From contig DATNRC010000349.1 of the NCBI GenBank assembly GCA_036703705.1, positions 1 through 39,561 of the forward strand: a stretch of DNA of 39,561 bases. The letters are read 5' to 3'. Below the pieces are notes generated by a model. That model did no database searches. It worked only from the letters and a program-made list of their open reading frames with translations, and was not told the DNA's origin. Numbering within the stretch: position 1 is the stretch's first letter; every line of letters starts with the position of its first letter. The DNA is from Candidatus Obscuribacterales bacterium (lineage in GTDB: Bacteria; Cyanobacteriota; Vampirovibrionia; Obscuribacterales; Obscuribacteraceae). The translations under genes and the position numbers were made by a program. Of the stretch, positions 1 to 8,654 are shown in pieces.

Positions 1-1209
1 TGCTATGACGCACGAAGGATCCAGCGTAACAGCACCATTGGCATTTCTCATCGCCTGCTTGTACTTGCCCTGGCACATCTTAACGATCGCCAATCTGTAA
101 CAGCCGTCCGGCGACGGTTCCAGCGACAGAGAGCGTTCTAAGTCCGACTCCGCCCGGGGATAATCGTTCTGCCAGAACCTGATCCAGCCACGTCCCTTAT
201 AAGCCAGGCCGCTGTCCTTATCTAATTCAATTGCTTTCGTGTAATCTTTCGCAGCAAGCTCATATTGTTGCATTCCCGCGTAGCAAATGGCGCGACCCTG
301 AAATGCCATAGCGGTTGAAGTCCATTGTTCGGCAGATGATCCGATGTCGTGTTTCTGCTCTTCTTTTCGAGCATCTATTTCAATGGCGCGCGTGTAATCA
401 GGGATTGCGGCCCTCCAGTTCCGCATGCGCCTCTTGGCGTCGCCGCGCAAAAAGTATGCTTCACGAAGATTCGGCGACATTGCGATTGCCCGCGAGAAGT
501 CCTCCGCTGCTCTAGCAAAGTCTCGTCTGCTCACATGGGCATTGCCGCGCAGCATGCAGGCGGCAACATTCTTTGGATCCAAGTTGATAGCCTCGCTCAG
601 CATCTTGATCGCGCTTGATGGATCGTTCTGTCGCATGGCGCACTGTCCCAGCTGATAGTACGCATGGAACGACGGGCGAATGGAAATCGCTTGTTGATAA
701 TCTTTCTGAGCGCTTTCGCTCTCGCCAATGGCAAAATTGAGGTCACCACGCAGCAGATAAGCACTCACATTCCTGGGCGATGTCTTGAGGCATTGTGTAG
801 CGTCGCTTATTGCATCGCCGGTCTTTCCTTGCCTGTGCAATACTTGCGCGCGCTGAAGATAGAGTTGAGCGCTGGGATGCTTGCGCAGCTGTTCATCAAG
901 TCGCTTTGTAAGTGCTTGCATTCCCGCCTTTGATGCGATCGGCGTTTTGTCTGTGGCAACGGCATTTGTCGCAAAACTCGGGGAGAAGACGCTTCCCGCC
1001 AACGTTATCAGCAGTGTGATTAGTGATGCCTGAGCCCGATTGCGCAGAGCGTGAGCCGGTTCAGTTAGAGCGTGGGGTTCCGTCGGTGCGTGAGCCGGTT
1101 CAGTTAGAGCGTGCGGTTCCGTCGGTGCGTGAGCCGGTTGCGTCACTGTGTGAACCCGTTTTGAGAATGCGTGACGAAGCATTAGTCGTTTGGATGGTAC
1201 TGTCGCCAT
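1..1209 (-). CDS. TPR-repeat protein with N-terminal membrane anchor (3' end lies outside the window)
   Basis: Absent from the ORF track because it has no in-window stop. My translation of the minus strand from ATG 1209..1207 stays open for 403 codons to base 1 (MATVPSKRLMLRH...SLITLLITLAGSVF...). Repeated TPR-like helices: AQKDYQQAISIRP, AIKMLSEAINLDP, AAEDFSRAIAMSP, AIPDYTRAIEID, AAKDYTKAIELD. Plus-strand ORFs 315-1211 are antisense shadows. Confidence 0.8.
   Translation of the reverse strand, partial: MATVPSKRLMLRHAFSKRVHTVTQPAHAPTEPHALTEPAHAPTEPHALTEPAHALRNRAQASLITLLITLAGSVFSPSFATNAVATDKTPIASKAGMQALTKRLDEQLRKHPSAQLYLQRAQVLHRQGKTGDAISDATQCLKTSPRNVSAYLLRGDLNFAIGESESAQKDYQQAISIRPSFHAYYQLGQCAMRQNDPSSAIKMLSEAINLDPKNVAACMLRGNAHVSRRDFARAAEDFSRAIAMSPNLREAYFLRGDAKRRMRNWRAAIPDYTRAIEIDARKEEQKHDIGSSAEQWTSTAMAFQGRAICYAGMQQYELAAKDYTKAIELDKDSGLAYKGRGWIRFWQNDYPRAESDLERSLSLEPSPDGCYRLAIVKMCQGKYKQAMRNANGAVTLDPSCVIA
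1050..1139. repeat. 39-nt tandem repeat, about 2.3 copies, inside the 5' part of the TPR gene
   Basis: cgtgagccggttcagttagagcgtg[g/c]ggttccgtcggtg occurs head to tail at 1050-1088 and 1089-1127, then a partial copy. In frame; encodes a duplicated PAHAPTEPHALTE peptide on the minus strand. Confidence 0.9.
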
Positions 1210-1244
1210 GATGCAAATGTCGGAACGCGTGGATGGTAAGTTGA

Positions 1245-1796
1245 TCACGATGCGGGTGACGGATCATTCACATGATAGTAAATTGAAAAACTGCAACGAC
1301 CCTTGCCGGCATATGCGCCCTGGACGGTGATCAGGCAATAGTGTCCGGATGCGCTTACTGCTGAGATGCTGTGATTTGTAACCTTGTCGATTTTCCACTT
1401 ATACATTTGAAAAGCCGTCCCATACCATTGCGTGATTGCCTGCGGCGTTTCCAGCGCATTGTAGTGAAGGATGTAGCTGCCACCGTTGAGCGCCCCTGGA
1501 AAGGAGATGCCATGCACAAATTGGGCGTTCTTTCCCGGGTAGGACGGCAGCTCGGGAAGAGACAGTTCTTTGTTGAAGTGAACGGCAGCAAATTGATTTG
1601 CGATCGGCCTGCGTGGTTTCAGCTGAGCATATTGATTGGTGGCAGTATCAGCATAAGCCGGACACGCCGAGGCGACAAGAGCTATCGTCAGCGATGGCAT
1701 GGAGAGCACTACCACGGGAAGCACTGCCACTAGGGCCGATGCCACACGACTAATTTGGTGATGAATACCTGCCGCCACCGCTTGCACGCTCCTCAA
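1245..1796 (-). CDS. hypothetical secreted protein
   Basis: 183-aa ORF with a TTG start overlapping the upstream gene by 47 nt. Signal-like N-terminus LVAVLPVVVLSMPSLTIALVASACPAYA then DTA. Alternative ATG start at 1700. No domain recognised. Confidence 0.6.
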   Translation of the reverse strand: MRSVQAVAAGIHHQISRVASALVAVLPVVVLSMPSLTIALVASACPAYADTATNQYAQLKPRRPIANQFAAVHFNKELSLPELPSYPGKNAQFVHGISFPGALNGGSYILHYNALETPQAITQWYGTAFQMYKWKIDKVTNHSISAVSASGHYCLITVQGAYAGKGRCSFSIYYHVNDPSPAS

Positions 1797-3975
1797 AGTT
1801 CAATTCGCCCAATAGATTTTTGTAACCGCTTGCCGGAATCCAGGTGGCGATATCTTCGCCCACGATTGGCTCCGGCTCGCCTGTATACGGTTGATCGTGG
1901 AATCCGGCGTCAGGCGGATTGTCGCCTTCTATGCCTGCTTTGACATTGACAATGTAGCCCGATATCGGGAATGTTTTGCTAGCCGTTCTTACCAGAGACG
2001 ATTTCCGGCCGTCGGGCTCGATTTTTACACTGAGCATCCATTTGCGGTCTGCCCACTTCGATTGCGTTTTCAGCTCGCCTTCCGAAACGATGACCAGATG
2101 TCCCGGCGTATCGCAAAACAGATATTGAGTCTCGCCCAGCCAGATCTTGCTGCTTTTCAAAACTGTTTCCAATTGCGCGGCGGTGATGTTGCGATCGATT
2201 TCTCGGCAGCGTTGCAAGAGACCCTTGAAGTGTTCCTCGCAGCCGCCGACTTGCTCCATCAACTCCCATGGTGTTCCCAATCTTGCAAAATTGCAGTATG
2301 GGAATTCGGCAGTAATTGGATACGCTTGTTCGTAATTGAACAGTTTCATGCCTGAGCTTCCAACGCCGGCGCCGTTGATTGAAAAACACTTCACGCCCCT
2401 TCCTCGTTTTGCCAGGAGATCCGCCTTCAGGTACTCCGCCAGGCAAAATCCTTCCGATGGGTTCGAGCTCGATGGTCCGACGAGGCCGTTTCTTCTGTAG
2501 TTATTCGCCCACTTCGAGAGATTCAGATCATCCACGCATGGACCTTCGAGTGCGTCATCATACATGGTGCTCGTGCACACGGCATCCACTCCGGATATCT
2601 CCATCAATTGCGCGAGCGTCGCATCCCTGTTAGGCGTCGAGCCGTAGCGGAATATATTGAGCGCCCATTTCTTTCGCGGATCTTTGTTTGGATCGCGCCC
2701 GCCATAATTGCTGTCGCCCATTCTGGTGCTTGAGGGATATTGACCTCTGGTGGCGTTGTAGTCGGCCCAGGCTTCGATGGCGCCACCGGGAGCGGTTGTG
2801 CAGGCAAATACAGTGCTGTCCGGATCCATCGGATCAAGCGGCTTGGACACCTCGATCTGGTTTGGCGTGTAGAGCTCATTATTGAACAAGTCGTTGCTGC
2901 CATCGACGGTGACTTCGTCAACGCTCGATCCGTATCTGCCTTTTCCATTGACGATTCTTATGAAACCTTGCGGAATCTGTGCGGAGAATTCTTGATCCAC
3001 AGCCGCACTCAAGGCGCAGCTGCGAGCATGCAGCACGAAGCCGCTGTCGCTGTCCCTGCCTGTTCCGATGCCGCTGAAAGCGTTTGGTGGTGTTGCATTG
3101 TTTTCGTCAGGATTTGTTCCGCTCTTGAATTCGTTGTAATTGATGAGGTGCGGTCTGGCTCCCGGGAAAAGCGGAACGCCCATAACAGCATGGTTTTTCT
3201 TTGCGTCGGTGACGGCTATCGGTACATATCCAGCCAGGAACGGCATGCCGGTCGTCGCTGACTTGCTGCTGCTGAGAACTGAGCTGTCAGAAATGGCTGC
3301 TGATGGAAGGATGGATGGATCGATATAAACGTTGGTGGAACTGCCGGGTCTGAGATATGCGCATTCCAGGGAGTTGAGGCGTTGAACTTTCGTCTTCACG
3401 CCCAGCATCTTCGGCAGGTTTGCGGAAGCCATTTCATCGAACGCCGGATCGAGACCGCCCTTGGTGAGTTCTTCGTTGAGCGCCTTGCCGATACGTGAAG
3501 CATGCAGACAAACCATATTGGCGTGCTTTTCCGCTTCATTGACGCCCAATTCTCTGGCATTTGCCGTCACCAGATAGGCTTGAGCAACAACACGGTTGTA
3601 TGTGAGCAAATCGATTTTGTCGGCAGAGATTCTTCCCAATCCAATGAAGTATTTCGTGTCTTGCACGCCTTGAATGGGGAGGGTCACTGAAAAGCCATTG
3701 AGGGAGTATTTGGCGGCGTTCAACACTGCGGAGTCGGTGATATTGTCGAGCTCGCGACTGCCGCCCATAATGCGTGCAGCAAAGAAGAAGCAAATGCCGA
3801 GCAGCATGATCACCAGCGCGACGATTGCCACAATTCCGGTCATCGCTCCTCGTGTGTTGCGCTGGCGAGCGGTTTCCGTTGCAGTTTCCGTAGAATTGCA
3901 GAATTTGCGCGCTGATATCGACTTGCGAGCAGTTTCCGTTGCGGTTTCCATATATATAGGATCGGGATTGAACAT
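1750..3975 (-). CDS. large membrane-anchored protein with TadE/TadG-like N-terminal segment
   Basis: 741-aa ORF. RGAMTGIVAIVALVIMLLGICFFFAARIMGGSRELDNITDSAVLNAA resembles the TadE/G-like anchor signature (RG, hydrophobic helix, L..A.D.A.LAA). The rest has no domain I recognise. Duplicated TETATETAR peptide at the N-terminus. Start uncertain (ATG 3975, 3951 or 3843). Confidence 0.75.
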   Translation of the reverse strand: MFNPDPIYMETATETARKSISARKFCNSTETATETARQRNTRGAMTGIVAIVALVIMLLGICFFFAARIMGGSRELDNITDSAVLNAAKYSLNGFSVTLPIQGVQDTKYFIGLGRISADKIDLLTYNRVVAQAYLVTANARELGVNEAEKHANMVCLHASRIGKALNEELTKGGLDPAFDEMASANLPKMLGVKTKVQRLNSLECAYLRPGSSTNVYIDPSILPSAAISDSSVLSSSKSATTGMPFLAGYVPIAVTDAKKNHAVMGVPLFPGARPHLINYNEFKSGTNPDENNATPPNAFSGIGTGRDSDSGFVLHARSCALSAAVDQEFSAQIPQGFIRIVNGKGRYGSSVDEVTVDGSNDLFNNELYTPNQIEVSKPLDPMDPDSTVFACTTAPGGAIEAWADYNATRGQYPSSTRMGDSNYGGRDPNKDPRKKWALNIFRYGSTPNRDATLAQLMEISGVDAVCTSTMYDDALEGPCVDDLNLSKWANNYRRNGLVGPSSSNPSEGFCLAEYLKADLLAKRGRGVKCFSINGAGVGSSGMKLFNYEQAYPITAEFPYCNFARLGTPWELMEQVGGCEEHFKGLLQRCREIDRNITAAQLETVLKSSKIWLGETQYLFCDTPGHLVIVSEGELKTQSKWADRKWMLSVKIEPDGRKSSLVRTASKTFPISGYIVNVKAGIEGDNPPDAGFHDQPYTGEPEPIVGEDIATWIPASGYKNLLGELNFEERASGGGRYSSPN

Positions 3976-4225
3976 TGGTTTTTCGAAGGAAAATTGGGAT
4001 GCAAAATCCGAGCGCAGGGCGCCTCTTTCGCGATATGCAAATGCGCGGCGAACCGCCCGCCAACCTTGTGGGCTTACTCTAGAAGGGACTGGTAAATGTT
4101 TGAGGTTATTTCAGTTTATGCCTATGCAACAGGGAAGTAAATACGCGATTTTCACTAAATTGGGGGATTCAATTGTGAAACCTTCATTAACGAGTGGAGC
4201 GCTCCCAGAGTGGAAAACCACATCT

Positions 4226-4243
4226 GCAGGCTCTTTTGCCTGC
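4226..4243 (-). terminator. candidate intrinsic terminator of glpK
   Basis: Immediately after the TAA stop on the minus strand: GCAGGC-AAAAGA-GCCUGC (6-bp stem), followed by a weak U-rich stretch (AGAUGUGGUUUUCC). Confidence 0.35.
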
Positions 4244-5740
4244 TTAATCTTCGATCTGTCCGTTTTTGTCGGCGCAGGCAAACGCGCCCTTCAAGGCCTT
4301 TTGCCAGCCGGCATAATCTTCCTGCCGGCTTTCCTGGGGCGAAATTTTTACGTCCGATGACCACTGCTGGGCGATTTCGTCCAGGCTTTCGAATATCCCC
4401 GCCTTGAGCCCGGACAGAGCGGCCACTCCCCAGGCGGTTGCCTCCACCTGCGAGGCACGTAAAACAGGCACGCCCAGTATGTCCGCCTGGAATTGGAGCA
4501 GGAATCCATTATTGGTGGCACCGCCGTCGACACGCAATTCAGACATGTCGGCCCCGTGGCTGTGCATGTCCTCCGACACGTCACGAATTTGGTACGCCAT
4601 CGACTCCAGCGCGGCGCGGGCCAGATGGGCGCGACCGCTGCCACGCGTGAGCCCGACGATGGTTCCCCGCACATCCGAGTTCCACCACGGCGATCCCAGT
4701 CCGACCAGAGCAGGAACAAAGTAAACCCCCTCGTTTGACTGCAGCGATTTTGCCATTGCCTCGGTTTCGCTGCTGGATTCGATGATTCCCAGGCCGTCGC
4801 GCAGCCACTGCACTGCCGCCCCGGCAATGAAAATAGCGCCTTCGAATGCGTAGGTGACTGGCTGGTCTTCGAGCTTCCAGGCGACTGTCGTTAACAGACC
4901 CCTTGCCTCGCGCTTTTCATGACCTATATTGGCGAGGAGAAAACTGCCCGTTCCGTAGGTGCACTTCGCCATGCCGGTTTCAAAACAACATTGCCCGAAC
5001 AAAGCCGCTTGCTGGTCTCCCATTACGCTCAAAATCGGTGCGGATAAACCAACAAGATCTTCACGCGTGGTTCCGAAATTAGCATCAGATGCCACCACAG
5101 CCGGCATCATAGAGCGGGGAACGTACATCAGCTTCAACAGCTCATCATCCCAGTCGAGTGTTTCTATGTTGAAAAGCATAGTGCGGGAAGCGTTGCTCGG
5201 CTCGGTGAGGTGATTCTTTTCTTTGGTCAAGCTCCAGACGAGCCAGGTGTCGATGGTTCCGAATGCCAATTTGCCGGCGTCTGCAAGATCACGGGCGTTG
5301 CGCACATTGTCGAGAATCCAACGAATCTTGGGACCGGAAAAATAGGCGTCGGGAACCAGCCCGGTTTTGTGGCGGATAACATCAAGGTGCGTGGATTTCA
5401 ACTCCTCCGCCATGTCTTGCGTGCGCCTGCACTGCCAGACGATTGCCGGATAGAGGGGCTTGCCTGTTTCGCGGTCCCAGACAACTGTTGTTTCACGCTG
5501 GTTGGTGATGCCTACGGCAGCGATTTCGTCAGCCTCTACTCCCGCATTCTTAACTGCCTCCTTCACGCATTGCACCTGGACGCGAACGATTTCCAGGGGG
5601 TCATGCTCCACCCAACCCGGCTTGGGAAAGTTTTGCGTGAACTCCTTCTGCCCCAGCCCGACAACCTTACCGTTCTTGTCAAAAACAATTGCGCGACAAC
5701 TCGTTGTGCCCTGATCGATGCTCACCATGTAGCGCTTCAT
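4244..5740 (-). CDS. glpK: glycerol kinase
   Basis: 498 aa, full length. MVSIDQGTTSCRAIVFD (FGGY kinase N-terminal motif), PGWVEHDP, GVPVLRASQVEATAWGVA. Typical GlpK throughout. Confidence 0.97.
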   Translation of the reverse strand: MKRYMVSIDQGTTSCRAIVFDKNGKVVGLGQKEFTQNFPKPGWVEHDPLEIVRVQVQCVKEAVKNAGVEADEIAAVGITNQRETTVVWDRETGKPLYPAIVWQCRRTQDMAEELKSTHLDVIRHKTGLVPDAYFSGPKIRWILDNVRNARDLADAGKLAFGTIDTWLVWSLTKEKNHLTEPSNASRTMLFNIETLDWDDELLKLMYVPRSMMPAVVASDANFGTTREDLVGLSAPILSVMGDQQAALFGQCCFETGMAKCTYGTGSFLLANIGHEKREARGLLTTVAWKLEDQPVTYAFEGAIFIAGAAVQWLRDGLGIIESSSETEAMAKSLQSNEGVYFVPALVGLGSPWWNSDVRGTIVGLTRGSGRAHLARAALESMAYQIRDVSEDMHSHGADMSELRVDGGATNNGFLLQFQADILGVPVLRASQVEATAWGVAALSGLKAGIFESLDEIAQQWSSDVKISPQESRQEDYAGWQKALKGAFACADKNGQIED

Positions 5741-5879
5741 AACTGTTAAACCCCTTTCAATGGTTAAGCTGGTTTGTGGCGTAGTGGGACTGGCTTTCCG
5801 GTTTTCGAACGGGGATCATAGCGGAATTTCCGCCAATTTGAATTAGAATAGAAATGGTCGTGAGAATAGGGGATTGCTT

Positions 5880-6185
5880 ATGTCTATTACTTCCGACGAA
5901 CCTATCAGTTTTTGTTGTGCAGTGTGCGGCAAACCAGTAAGTGCTCCTCTTGTGCCTCTACCCGACGTCGGCGGCAGCAAGGGACACAGTTGTTTGGGCT
6001 GCGGGCACACGGTGTGTTCGCAACATTTCAGCAAATCCCGCAACCGCTGCGTGCGTTGTACGGCGGGCAGAGATGATTGGTGTTCTACTCCCAAGCTGCC
6101 CGAAGTGCCGAAGCTTCCGGAGCCAAAATTGCCGAAAATTCCCCAGCCGAAACTGCCGAGGCTTCCGAAACTGCCTCCGCTGTGA
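5880..6185 (+). CDS. small zinc-ribbon-like protein with C-terminal (P)KLP repeats
   Basis: ATG 5880 preceded by AGGGGA. Cys pairs CAVCG, CLGCG and CVRC, then PKLPEVPKLPEPKLPKIPQPKLPRLPKLPPL. An equally long antisense ORF (5843-6286) exists, so the strand call is tentative. Confidence 0.5.
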   Translation: MSITSDEPISFCCAVCGKPVSAPLVPLPDVGGSKGHSCLGCGHTVCSQHFSKSRNRCVRCTAGRDDWCSTPKLPEVPKLPEPKLPKIPQPKLPRLPKLPPL

Positions 6186-6323
6186 GTTGCGATTCGCGGG
6201 TTGGCACCATATGCAGTGGCGGACGATCGTGCCAAGCACAATTGAGGCGCCGGATTGCTCTTGCCTGTGTGGCGGATGATGTGCACTTGGATGCAGACAC
6301 TAGTGCAGCCATGCCTGCGTCCT

Positions 6324-6427
6324 ATTTGGTGATGCGGCGGTCTGAGCGGGATGCGCTCGTCTCGATTTGGTGATGCGGCGGTCTGAGTGGGATGCGCTCG
6401 TCTCGATTTGGTGATGCGGCGGTCTAG
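6324..6427. repeat. 41-nt intergenic tandem repeat, about 2.5 copies
   Basis: atttggtgatgcggcggtctgag[c/t]gggatgcgctcgtctcg starts at 6324, 6365 and 6406 (last copy partial). Confidence 0.9.
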
Positions 6428-6461
6428 GATAACGATGCGCGCAGATGGCTGTGCTCGCTTC

Positions 6462-6824
6462 CTACGGAGCTTGCATCCAGAGGCAATGTGCGGGCGCCAT
6501 TAAGAGGGGACCAGCATTGACGCTTAATCGATTGTTGGCCGGAGTGTTTATGGTTTCGAAGTCGAATATCTCCACCGCCGCGGGCAGTTTCTTGTCCAGA
6601 TCTTCGTCTCTAATTGCGTTGACTTTCACAAACTTGCTGAGGTCTTCCTTGCTTGGCTGTGGCAACGGCGCGAACACTTTGTCGAGCAATTTGCCGATCT
6701 CTTGATTGTCCCTTGCATCAAGCTCCAGAGGCTGCTCCTTCTCGGCGACCTTGTCCGACTCGAGAAATCCAACGCCTGACGCCAGGTTCGCCAGATGGTT
6801 TGAAAGCTCCATAAGCGTGAACAT
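6462..6824 (-). CDS. hypothetical acidic protein
   Basis: 120-aa ORF. ATG 6824 with GGAG about 9 nt upstream. No recognisable domain. Confidence 0.6.
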   Translation of the reverse strand: MFTLMELSNHLANLASGVGFLESDKVAEKEQPLELDARDNQEIGKLLDKVFAPLPQPSKEDLSKFVKVNAIRDEDLDKKLPAAVEIFDFETINTPANNRLSVNAGPLLMAPAHCLWMQAP

Positions 6825-6879
6825 TTAAGCAACTCCTATACCCATGGCTGACATAGCAGCCGTTTCAACCGCGATAAGG

Positions 6880-7270
6880 ACTCAACGGACACCGGCCAGC
6901 TATTAGAGGAAGATGTGCCAGAGTTAAGCTGCGGTTTACATGACGTAACAATAGCGCCAAAGACCCACCAGCGGGCGCTTGTATTGGCGCGTTGGGGCGC
7001 CTCTCCGGGAAAGACAGCCGGCGAGATCGGCTTCCGCCCGTTATTAGTGGACAGTTTTGGCGCCGGTCCGATGGCGCACAGCTGACGCGATCGGTGTCCA
7101 TCCGTTATTAGTCGACAATTTCGGCATCGCTCCGGGGGAGCACAGCTAGCGAGATCGGCTTCCGCCCATTATGAGTCGACAATTTGGGCGCCACTCTGGC
7201 GGAGGGAGAGCCAGCAAGATCGGCTTCCGCTCAGCCAATCGACAAAGTTCTGTGGTGCCCCGAGGAAGGA
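6880..7270. repeat. degenerate ~64-bp tandem array (4 clear plus about 2 decayed units)
   Basis: The GATCGG anchor recurs at 7025, 7089, 7153 and 7218 (period 64, 64, 65). Units share gatcggcttccgccc-ttattagt[c/g]gacaatttgggcgcc. Weaker copies are visible near 6900 (ctattagagga) and 6975. The overlapping ORF 6865-7101 looks spurious. Confidence 0.85.
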
Positions 7271-7288
7271 CAGCATAGAAGTGTTCGT

Positions 7289-8044
7289 CTAGCCTCTCAG
7301 ACATAACAGAGCGGCTGCTTCAATTCCTCGCGCCATATGCTCCACAGCGCTGTATCCGTTGAGTGACGGGGCTCGGCGTCTCCCTTGCGCTCCCGCGCGG
7401 AGGGTCCTTAAATATGTTCTGGGTAATGGAATGTGGACGAACAGCACAGGAGCGTCGGAGCCAACCTGAAGCTGGTGAAACAGCGCGCGATAGTAAATCT
7501 CATTACAAATGAACGTACCGGCATGATTGGAGATGTCGCAGGGAAAGCCTTTTCGATTGAGAGCCGCTTTCAATACAGCAAGGGGCGCGATAGTTCTCAG
7601 GGCATCGGGTCCGCGACGTTCGATCTTCACATCGTCGAATTGATGCCCGCCATTGTCCTTCACTCGATAATCTCTGATGTTGAGAGCGAATCGCTCCAGC
7701 GACAGTTTTGTCCGCGTGTGGGCAAGTCCTGTCATGATTATCGTCGAGTAGTCGCCATTGGCTGAGTTTAGCCGCCGCCTGAGCTTCGACCAGGCTTTGT
7801 TGCAGCATGTGGGCAACACCAGCGTCTCAATGATCACGCTATCTTTGCCCTTTTCTGTTAGGGTTTCGGACAGGGTGCCTACCAACAGCTCGCTGGGATT
7901 GCTGCGGTGCTTATCAAAGGCATCAAAGCCTGTTATCAGGATGCGCTTCGGTCTCTTTGGCAACTCTTTGTCCTTGGTATTCGAGGTACTTCCGAGGTAC
8001 TTTGTGTGGATGTCAGTGGTACTTACATTGTGCCCCAGCGCCAT
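7289..8044 (-). CDS. pcp: pyroglutamyl-peptidase I (peptidase C15)
   Basis: KRILITGFDAFD, LSLERFALN (Glu), NHAGTFICNEIYY (Cys), VLFVHIP (His). The 372-aa track ORF extends over the tRNA-Leu gene on the other strand, so the start is moved to ATG 8044. Confidence 0.85.
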   Translation of the reverse strand: MALGHNVSTTDIHTKYLGSTSNTKDKELPKRPKRILITGFDAFDKHRSNPSELLVGTLSETLTEKGKDSVIIETLVLPTCCNKAWSKLRRRLNSANGDYSTIIMTGLAHTRTKLSLERFALNIRDYRVKDNGGHQFDDVKIERRGPDALRTIAPLAVLKAALNRKGFPCDISNHAGTFICNEIYYRALFHQLQVGSDAPVLFVHIPLPRTYLRTLRAGAQGRRRAPSLNGYSAVEHMARGIEAAALLCLRG

Positions 8045-8074
8045 TCCTCTTAGTGTAAAATGTATTCCACCCAT

Positions 8075-8162
8075 GCCGAAGTGGCGAAATGGCAGACGCA
8101 GCTGACTCAAAATCAGCCGGGGCTTAAACCCCGTGTCGGTTCGACTCCGACCTTCGGCACCA
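8075..8162 (+). tRNA. tRNA-Leu (anticodon CAA), CCA encoded
   Basis: Acceptor GCCGAAG/CTTCGGC. Anticodon stem-loop GCTGA-CTCAAAA-TCAGC. Long variable arm CGGGG-CTTAAA-CCCCG. T arm GTCGG-TTCGACT-CCGAC. Discriminator A plus CCA. Confidence 0.95.
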
Positions 8163-8205
8163 ATTTTTCGAGATTCCGGGTTCGGAATTATGGGGTAGGA
8201 AAAGT

Positions 8206-8230
8206 GGTCACGTGTGACATATGTGTGACC
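8206..8230 (+). other. hairpin just downstream of tRNA-Leu
   Basis: GGTCAC-GTGTGACATATGT-GTGACC: 6-bp stem, loop containing the ACATATGT palindrome. Function unknown (processing or termination signal?). Confidence 0.3.
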
Positions 8231-8348
8231 GCTGGACCGACCGCGTGAACGCAGACAAAGTAAACGGCGCGCCACCAGATATGGTGAGCTTGGAAGAAGA
8301 CGTGAGTACAACCACACCCCACTCAGTACAGTAGATATCCTCGATGTT

Positions 8349-8654
8349 TTGAATATCGAAGAAGACGTATCGCTTGAGGTTAAGGAGGCGCTAGGCAGAG
8401 ATGGCAAAGGCGAGTTTCCGAGAAGCGCCTTGGAAAGTTATTCCGCAATGGCGAACACCTATGGCGGTGTAATCCTTTTGGGTATTCGAGAAAAGCCAAA
8501 GGGAGTGTTTCATGCCGTGGGATTATCAAACCCTTCCGCTGTGCTCAAGCAGATGTGGGACTTACTGCATTCAAAACAGGCAGTTAGCATAAACCTGCTC
8601 AGGGAGGACATGGCTTCTGTTGTTAGCCTTATGCGCCTGTTCTACACTTGGTGA
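8349..8654 (+). pseudogene. truncated AlbA_2/Schlafen-type (divergent AAA) DNA-binding domain fragment
   Basis: EDVSLEVKEALGRDGKGEFPRSALESYSAMANTYGGVILLGIREK matches the N-terminal AlbA_2 pattern (E..LEFK, AfAN..GG.i.lG). That domain normally heads proteins of ~450-550 aa. Here the frame ends after 101 codons and no ATPase or HTH part follows. Confidence 0.5.

Noticed and set aside
315-1211. Several plus-strand ORFs of 60-90 aa at the window start
   Set aside because: They are antisense to a continuous 403-codon TPR reading frame on the minus strand. Their translations are R/C/S-rich and non-protein-like.
6880-7270. Possible CRISPR array
   Set aside because: The whole ~64-bp unit repeats with gradual divergence. 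There are no conserved short repeats alternating with unique spacers, and no cas genes in the window.
8045-8407. N-terminal 121-aa extension of the pcp ORF (7289-8407)
   Set aside because: It runs antisense across the tRNA-Leu gene and has no peptidase similarity. The C15 domain starts just after ATG 8044.
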